Positions 56,231 through 64,000 of a stretch of 64,000 bases of DNA are shown piece by piece. Every line of letters starts with the position of its first letter. Within the stretch, counting starts at the first letter, position 1. The stretch covers positions 62,001 to 126,000 of the forward strand of contig OZ025785.1 of assembly GCA_964019425.1 (NCBI GenBank). Direction: 5' to 3'. Under the pieces are notes generated by a model, which was not told the DNA's origin, ran no database searches, and saw only the letters and a list, made by a program, of their open reading frames with translations. Position numbers and translations under genes: made by a program. The DNA comes from Flectonema sp. DT1601 (lineage: Eukaryota).

Positions 56231-56998
56231 CCCTTCGTGATGAGTCGTGGTCGCCATGTAGAGGAGTTGTGGGCTGCTGAGCTCACACCAAACTCTTCGT
56301 TGCTTCAGCTTCTCAATATTCTTTTGCACATCTTTGTTGATCTTTATCATTTTCTCACCAAAATCGTCTCTCTGTTTGGTGCTAAAGGGACGCAGATAGT
56401 AAGAATTGGCATCATCACCAAGGAGATCTTTTGGAGTGAGTCCTCGTCGGATGAAATTTTCAGTTCTGCTCGTGAGGATAACCCACGACTCTGATAACAA
56501 CAACGGGTTGAGTTTCAGTAAGTCGGTACCGGAGTCACCGACAACGTTTGCAGTTCCTTCATCAAAGGAATCAAGAACTATAACAACAGTGTAGGTGAAT
56601 AGTTGTTTGATATCACAATCAGGTGGAAGCATATTCTCCACGATGTACTTGTCGATAGCATGCGGCTCAAATGCATTTCCGACACTTCCCATCGACACAA
56701 ATACTGGGAAGTATTTCTCATTCAATTCTCTAATTAGTTTGACCCCCGCAGAAGTCTTCCCCCCTCCAGCCTCTGACTGCAGTACGAGTGGGGGTCGGTC
56801 GTCACTCTCAAGAAGGTCTTTAATCAATTTAGTTAAGCTGATGTCTTCAATTCCCTCTCTGCTGGTGACGCATTTGCACAAAGTCGGAACAAGTTTGCAC
56901 AAAGTCGGATCGACGTAACAACGTTCGAATTTTGCAAAAACGTATGTCGCAAGTGTGCACCACACCTCGCGCATTTGTTTCAACTGCTCCGATCTGGC
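56231..56998 (-). CDS. NACHT/STAND NTPase exon
   Basis: Walker A LVLQSEAGGGKT, Walker B VIVLDSFDE, sensor VILTSR, LRPFS and SPQLL. Donor GGG|GTATGT at 56230 joins in frame to 56157. A candidate phase-0 acceptor is ccacAG|GCC at 56999/56998. Confidence 0.85.
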
Positions 56999-57179
56999 CT
57001 GTGGTTTTTTATTACTCTCTTTCCCACAAGAACGACAACGGGCATACTCGTATAAAACATAAAGAACGTTCCTATAAGTATCCCTAAATGAAGGGGGTGA
57101 AAAACAAGAAAAAAAGTGAAGTCAAATGTTTCTCACCCAACATCACTCGCAAGTGAAAACAAAAGGCTAAGTTACAAAC

Positions 57180-59042
57180 TTTAACGAAATCATTAATCCG
57201 TTCGGTGCTTTGCAAGAAAATGATGTCACAGCTGCATCCAAAAATTCGTAACGTGCTGGGATTGTACACCCACAAGACTCGGAAAGTGGCATCATAGCTG
57301 AACAATGACTCTTCTTCCTTCTCTTTGACAGATAGCGGAGCAATATTCGCGGCAAACCCTAAGACAACGAGCAAAGAACAACGTTCTTTCCTCATAAAAG
57401 CATTTGTGCCTTCCACTTTCCGTGAAGTTGAAAAGAAATGATTAAACGACTTTATCTCACCTACCTCGAAATCCTTTGCAGAAAATCGGCTGTCTCCCTT
57501 CCACAGTAAGCGGTGCTCTGGAGGAAACCTCAGCAATGCTTTTCGTAAGTGATAAATAAACGGTTTGAGGTATTCGACGTATTTTTTATTTTCAGGATCG
57601 GTTTTCTCGTCGTTTCGTGCGACGTTGTACATTGATTCTTTGATCTTAGAAGTTCCGTAAAACACTGGCGAGGTGTAACAAACGGTAGCAATCAACATCT
57701 CCAAGGCATCTGTTGGGTCGCTGCCTATCAGACTAGCCATCCAAGGCTCAAAGTCACTCTTTAATTCTAACTTTTCTTTGAATTTGTTTACTTTTTCTTG
57801 AATTTGATCAACTACTTTGTTAAGTTTGCCATCTGCCCACTTAAGAGGAGACGACGGTGAAGCGATTCGCTTTTCCTTGCCGGTAAACAACTTTATGAAT
57901 TCCTTTTTCTTGGGAATGTAACCGTTGCTGAGAAAGTGATACGCGCCAGCATCTTCTGTATCTCTATCTGAGTTGCATTGATGTTCGTCATCCCCATCGG
58001 AACTCTCCGTTTCCCAGGTTTCAATAAGTTCTTTCAGCCTTTCGATGTTTTCTGTATACGATTTCGACAGTTCCCTCAACACCTCTACTGACAACCCTCC
58101 TTGAGCTCCGTTGACTAAAGGCGTTTCATTCGATGAGTTTGTTTTTACTTTAGATTGGTCATCCATGTTGTCAATCAGTAATCGGGTCATTTCATTATGA
58201 CCACACCAACAAGATCCATGAAGACTGTTTGATCCTTCGGAAGTTGTCATCGTCAAGTTGCTCTTTACGGTGTCAGAGCTCTGAATCCATTTCTCCATCA
58301 AGTTATGATTACCACTTCTGGCAACAATGTAAATCATAGGCCACGCAGACTTCCCAAAACATCTGCCGCTGGGGATCTCCATTTTCTTAAAATCTTCCCA
58401 GGAAACATATTCAATAAGGGAAGGCATCATTCTGTAACAGGAGTTTTGTTTATGAGTGTCCGCAGTGTTCTTTAGAACTCTGCGGAGTGCTTGTGTGCAA
58501 TTGGTTGCTTTAGCATCATCACTCAGCTCGCTTAGAAGTATCTGAAGACATTTGCAATCATCATTCTCCAAACAGAGGATCACAGTTGAGATGTTGATCT
58601 TATTCTCAGTGTGTGTATTTATTATCTTCTCCAGAACCATTTCCATCAACTTCGGGAAGTATCTGACTACGATATTTAATAATTCTTTCATAGTCTCGCT
58701 GTTATCCTTAAACTTATCAATCGCCCCATCATGTCTACCATACTTCGCAATGTGACTGGCAATTAGATATTCAGCCAACGTTTTGTGATGAAATCTTACA
58801 ACACCCATCTCGTAGTACACGGGCAGAAATATCACCAGTCTCTCGAACTCGGCTATCTCTTTGTCGTCTTTGAAATAACTCGATGGCGTTCCTTCCCAGT
58901 GCCCTTGTTGCAGCATACGACACGCCAGCATCTCTGCCATGCGTTTCACATCCGCAGATTTTATTAGTTTCTCATTTTCATCTTCCAACTGTTTCGCAAT
59001 GCCGTCGATAAACGCTTTGTAAACCGTGGATTTACTTGTCAC
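57180..59042 (-). CDS. Exon encoding winged helix + ankyrin repeats + R-S-E-type ADP-ribosyltransferase domain
   Basis: Second FHHKTLAEYL segment. Ankyrins: IYIVARSGNHNLME, GSNSLHGSCWCGHNEMTRLLI, NETPL. ART: CYTS...LRKALLRFP...LWKG...FFSTS...IAPLS..EKEEESLF...TFRV. Candidate phase-0 donor AAA|GTTTGT at 57179. The first exon is uncertain (possibly 59203-59132). Confidence 0.8.
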
Positions 59043-59538
59043 CTGTTTGTTGATTTTGACCTTACTAACTTCCCTGTATTGATCAAAGATTAATTACCTT
59101 CTTCAAAAATAGATTTCGTATTTGCACACACCTCGCCTGTGTGATTCCACTGCTCCAAACCAACCTGTTTATCTTTCATAGCAACATTGAAGTGCTCTGT
59201 CATGTCACTTTCCCGTAGAAATACTGTAATATGAATTAAAAAGAACAGCAGTTTAAACAAAAAGATGCAGTCCACCAGACAAATGCCACATCGGTGACGA
59301 GCTTTCTTTTCCTTCTGTTCCTTAGTATTTGACTTATTTCATCCTCCAGTCATTTTTAACCCTAGACGGTATTAAGCAAAATAATCAGTGTTAAAAAGAT
59401 AAAACAAAACAAATTGCTGCACCAACTCCCAGTTTGACGTAGGAGATGGCTATCTCCTGTGTGAGATTACAATCACAAAGAATGAGACAGAGAGCATACT
59501 GTTCTTAGTCTACATTCTAACACGGAGGCAGCACTTAC

Positions 59539-62500
59539 TTAAACACTTCTAGGGTCTACATATCCAACTCCTCCCTTTGCTTCTCCCGGAGACATAACAT
59601 CACTCACACGCATACCTTCTAATATACGTTTAGCGATATTGGTTGCAATATCTTTTGCGAGTTTTTCAAAAGCCTCCTCTGATACTCCGGGTTTTTCAGA
59701 TGTGTTGAAGTCAAGAAGAGTATACTTACCGCCGGTGTCTTTCGCAATTTTTCGGAAATCATTATACGGTTCTTTCAGAGCATTAATCTTATGCAGAGCA
59801 TTAGTGTGGACGGGGATATTGGCGCTCTTCAGTTTTTGGACTTCAGCTTCAAAATCGGTACAATATCTCATGAACGATCGTTCTTTTTTCCAGTATGCTT
59901 CACCCTTAATTTCCTCACGCATTTTCTTCACTTTATTCTTTGGGTGGGGGGGAGCATCACCAGTAATCATAACAGCACTACGAGAATCCTTTTTAAATTC
60001 TTCATTCGCATAGGCAAGAGCAACTTCGATTGCCTCTTCGCCGTCACGGAGTTTAAAATGTGTTGAATCACCGCTTCCAATATGAATATTTTCTAAGAAA
60101 TCTTTTAGTTTGTCTGAATCGCTGGAATCTTTCCATCCCGAGATTGTAATTAAATGATCAGCATCTTTATCATAGTTACGATAGCCGACGATGTTTATTT
60201 CGAATCCCCTTTCGATACCTTGCATTTCAAGAATCAGTCCTATACCACGGAGTAACTGATCGAGAGTTTCTCTTACAGCATCAAATACAGGTTTCATTGA
60301 TGCCGTGGCGTCTATGCACAGCATTAATCGAAATGGGTTTTTGTCGGCGTTTGTCTTGACTATACATCTATTTATATTCAGAATGTAGTCTTGAATTTCT
60401 TCCACTTGAGCTTTGTGTTGTTCACTGCCAGGTGGAAGATCTTTCAGTTTTTTAAGGTTCTCTATAAAGTTCTTCCCCTCATCGTGATGACTTGTAGTTC
60501 TTTGCGCGTCCGTGGTTGCGTCAAGGAACTTCTTATCGTGGTGTTCGTCTCTTATTTCTTTTATGGCTTTGCGAACTTCGTCTATACGACGTTTGTCATC
60601 GGATGTGCTACCAGCTTCTTTCAATTGATCAATTTCATCCTCAGACATGTTGAAGTGATTACCTTTACGCAAGGAGTTCACATCAAATATGAGAGCCCAG
60701 CTACCTGGTTCTCCTTGGCGACCTACTCGACCTCTGGCTTGTGCCTCATCAGCCTCTGTGGGACTTAAGTATGTTTGGATTAGTAAGACTCCGTTGACTC
60801 TGGGTACTCTGACATCAGTTGTTTTTGGATCAATTCCTCTGGAGAATGGGTGAGTCATTGTTGATAATGTATTCATTTTAGGAATCTTATTAATCCCAGG
60901 ATGTTGTGAATTAATCTCACTATTCTGTGAGTCACCAATTGTTGAATTATCGTTTAGAGTATTGTGCTCAAACTTTCGAGAATCCAATTCATCAATTCGA
61001 CTGCACTTTTGGAAATCTCTTCGGTCCGAGTCCTTATCAAATAAAATACAGATTGGTCTTTTAGGATCCTCACTCGTTGTCTGTTGTAATATGAAGTCAA
61101 TGATTGCGCCGTGAAATTCCATTTTGTTTGCATCACCGCCAGTGTCTGTAACTTGCACTGTGGGCACGTTAATTTGTTTGTGCTCGTCACGGAAAGCAGA
61201 AGGCATGTAAGACTTGTGCACATCTTTAAGGGTTTCTTTAATCAAGCCGATTTCACTCTCGTGCATAGAGCTCAGAGTTCCCGTGAGCGCCAAGACAACA
61301 TCGTATGCTTCAACTATGCGTGCATATGCGATCTTAGCCCCAATAATATTTAGTACGATGTAGTGATTTCTTTCTTCCGTGGAAATGCTGCCTTCACTGT
61401 GAGCTGCAAAGGCGTGCCACATGGTCTTGTAGCTGTGTCGCTTCGTGTAAGATTTTCCGTGATTGTCTTCGTAGCAAATCCTCCGTTCCTTGCTTTCTGG
61501 ATCAATACCAACAAAGTAGGACTCTTTTGTATATGTGAATACATCCCTTAGCATGAGTCTCACGCAGCTCATCATTAATTTCTCCCAACGAGGATTATAT
61601 TTGCTAATTTCCCCAACACACTTCTTATACTCATCAGATTCAAATATCATTGTTTGATAATCAAATAAAGATTTTTGTGAACGAGACTTCTTCCATATCA
61701 GTTCAGCTAATGCCGTTAGTGACTCAAGTTTGAGAGTTTCCAGAGCAACGTACTCATTGGCGTAGTTTTCAAAATTCCAAAGTGTGTCCATTTCATCAAT
61801 AATTGCGATGGTCTTACCGGAAGTTATCCTATCACCTGTTTTGAGTTTATAATATTCTTTTAAACTTCGACTCCCTCACTACTGAAGTATGGTCATGGTG
61901 AGCAGCAAAAGATAATTTTAGTTTCCGTTGAAAAAGTACATACCTGAAACTGACTCTGGAGCAGCTCCCTTGGTAATAGCACAGGCGAGTCTCATTCGCA
62001 TGCTGCTTGAACCAGAGAGTATCCGTTCGCAGTGGTTTTCGTAGGTGTCCCAAGTGATCTTTCCACCTATACGAAGCTCCTCAAAAAGACGACGAAATCC
62101 CTCGTAATCACGTTTACAGAGATAATCTGAATAACACATGCAGTGAATAGTGTTTCCAAGAATAGCAAGCACTGCAGCAGCTATGGCTATAACAATAGAC
62201 TTCCCTTCACCAGTTAAGATTTCTAGGAAATGGTGTTTTAAGTTATCAATATTATACTCATGTGAGAGGTATGTTTCCGGATCAGATGTTTTGATATCAA
62301 GCGCCAGCATTCTGAAAACTGCGAGAACTTGAAGGACGTTGGGAGTGACAATAGCTGATTCTCTTCCACTTCCTTCAAGTACGGCTGTGTCTGTTGATCG
62401 AATAGACCATAAGGTGAATAGAGAAGTACATAGTTCCAGTACATCTCCATTTGTTACTTTAATCTCATAGTCTTGCATTTTTTTCACAAAATCTTTCAGA

Positions 62501-64000
62501 TCATCAACCCTTCCGCTTTTCACTCTTTGTTTCCAATTAACCTCAAATATTGTGTACATTGTTTTGAGACGTTGCTTATTAACAGGGGAATTCTTTGTGT
62601 CTTCGAATAACAAATTTAGTGCCTTTTCAATCGTCATGTGCTTCGTTTTATTATTTCGATCCTGAGTGAGAACTGCTTGGAAGACACTTCCATGGTCATT
62701 TTGTAATCCCTTAACATAGCTGGCTAAAGTATCATCTGTGTTGATATCAGTAAGGTAGTCCCTTACCATTGATAAACTAGAGAGTGTAGATGTTGTTGAC
62801 GATTCTGTTGATTGACGTAGTTCTGAGAACACGCCTGCAATGCTCTCCGTAACTGATATCTGATCTCCAAGCACTTGTAGTGTCAACAATCTGAGTGCAA
62901 GTGTCTTAGCAGCACTCTCCCTTTCTTTACATTTATCAAACGTTTTTACCCATTTAGTAGTTTGTTCCACAATCTTATCGGATAAGGTTTTCAGACATTC
63001 TCGTTTACTATCTGCGATGATTGTTTTCATCCTGATATCTATTTGAACATCGCTAGGCACGGCGTCATCATAGAATTTCAATAATGTACCGAGGGGTGCA
63101 AAAGTGGAGATCAGTTTTTTTTGATTTTCCTCATCTCCTACCACTACATGGTTCACTGAAACCTCGTTAACAATCCTAGTGATGACTTGATTTGTTGTGT
63201 CTTTCAATTCCTTAAAATAAGATTCGATGGCTGATGTCGCTGATGTCTTCCTCGTGAGTGTGTCGTTGTTGGAATCGACTAAGCAACGAATGCTGGTCAG
63301 AGAATTCCACACATCAATATAATACTCGTGTCCTCCCTTGTTAGTTTCTGTCCACCTTTTCTTGATTTCCAGAAGAGCAGAGTCTATACCGTCACCAAGT
63401 CCCTTGACGGTTTCCTGAAGTTGCTGTGTGGCATTGCTATGTGGAAGCCACGCAAAATCGCTCATTCTGTCGCGTAGACGACTACCATAAAACACTTTAA
63501 TAGATTTATCATTATTCTGAATGGCTTTAATTGATTCTAATAATGTTTTATCCGGAAGCTTTTGACACGCGGTCACGCAGGCTTCGTTCAACTTCTTAAA
63601 TTTCAACAAAGCTGTATCTAACTCCTCTTCTACTCTTGACACCGTATCCAGCCCCCCAGACAATAAGATATCTTTTAAAAACGGAATAAGTTCATGGACA
63701 GCATTGCAATCAGACTCGGAAATATCAGATAACCCCTCGTTATAAGATCGTAACTTGTCGGACAGATCCCCGGAATGTTTTTTAAAATGTTCATCCGCAC
63801 TCGTTACCCAGCTGCTTATGGTATTTTTAACTTTCTCTTGCTGTTCTTTGGGGGCATCAAAGCCCTCGACAACGGGCATAAAATCGTTCCAAGATTTCTT
63901 AAAACTGACTAAGGCAGAAACACTGCTGGATGGGTGTTTCCAATTTTTTACAAACAGTTCCGCACTATTCTCAAGTGGAGGTAATATTTCACTGAGGTAC
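59539..64000 (-). CDS. Large SecA-like SF2 ATPase + vWA-domain protein (5' end outside window)
   Basis: The frame is open to 64000, and intron 61943-61836 (G|GTATGT...aaacAG|GT) joins the two ORFs. SecA-like motifs: EILTGEGKS, YSDYLCKRD, IAIIDEMD, LALTGT, FSRGID and QARGRVGRQGEPGS. vWA motifs: MIDAS-like LCIDATASM, VGYRNYD, EEAIEVAL and ITGDAPPH. Confidence 0.88.

Larger units (their letters stand above)
55851..59088. repeat. Direct repeat pair of about 350 bp (55851-56203 and 58742-59088) spanning an intron 3' end and the WH-coding segment
   Basis: Identical tttgatcaatacagggaagttagtaaggtcaaaatcaacaaacag|gtgacaagtaaa. The coding parts differ mainly in two in-frame patches. Confidence 0.92.

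Noticed and set aside
59300..59541. Stop-codon reassignment to explain in-frame TAA/TGA between the vWA and ART genes
   Set aside because: TAA, TAG and TGA all end intact genes elsewhere in the window, and long ORFs have no internal stops.
59539..64000. Bacterial secA or bacterial contamination
   Set aside because: It has a spliceosomal-type intron just before the DEMD motif, a vWA fusion, a long unrelated N-terminus and eukaryotic neighbours.

Overview
Eukaryotic (protist) nuclear DNA. Every intact gene is on the minus strand and several have short GT-AG introns. A euglenozoan such as a diplonemid is my inference, not a demonstrated identity. There are two zones. (1) 1-25.3 kb is a housekeeping zone with poly(A)/poly(T)-rich spacers. 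It holds a CEP164-like WW protein (partial), a Tudor/SH3-type protein, a 5-exon P4-ATPase flippase, a membrane-anchored methyltransferase-fold protein, a Rab4-like GTPase, a Cys-rich membrane protein and an unusual NYN-nuclease/DEAH-helicase fusion. (2) 25.3-64 kb is a rearranged zone that looks like an innate-immunity island. It holds a deleted piggyBac element and seven tandem paralogues of a cytosolic BspA-type LRR protein, with 7-23 repeats, a few hypervariable codons, mosaicism, one internal inversion and an orphan cassette. It also holds remnants of a reverse transcriptase, 28S rRNA and a pogo-like transposase carrying a protease. It ends with an NLR-like WH-ankyrin-ADP-ribosyltransferase-NACHT-WH-pentapeptide-WD40 gene next to a large SecA-like ATPase-vWA gene. 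All domain calls come from reading motifs by eye; no database search was run.
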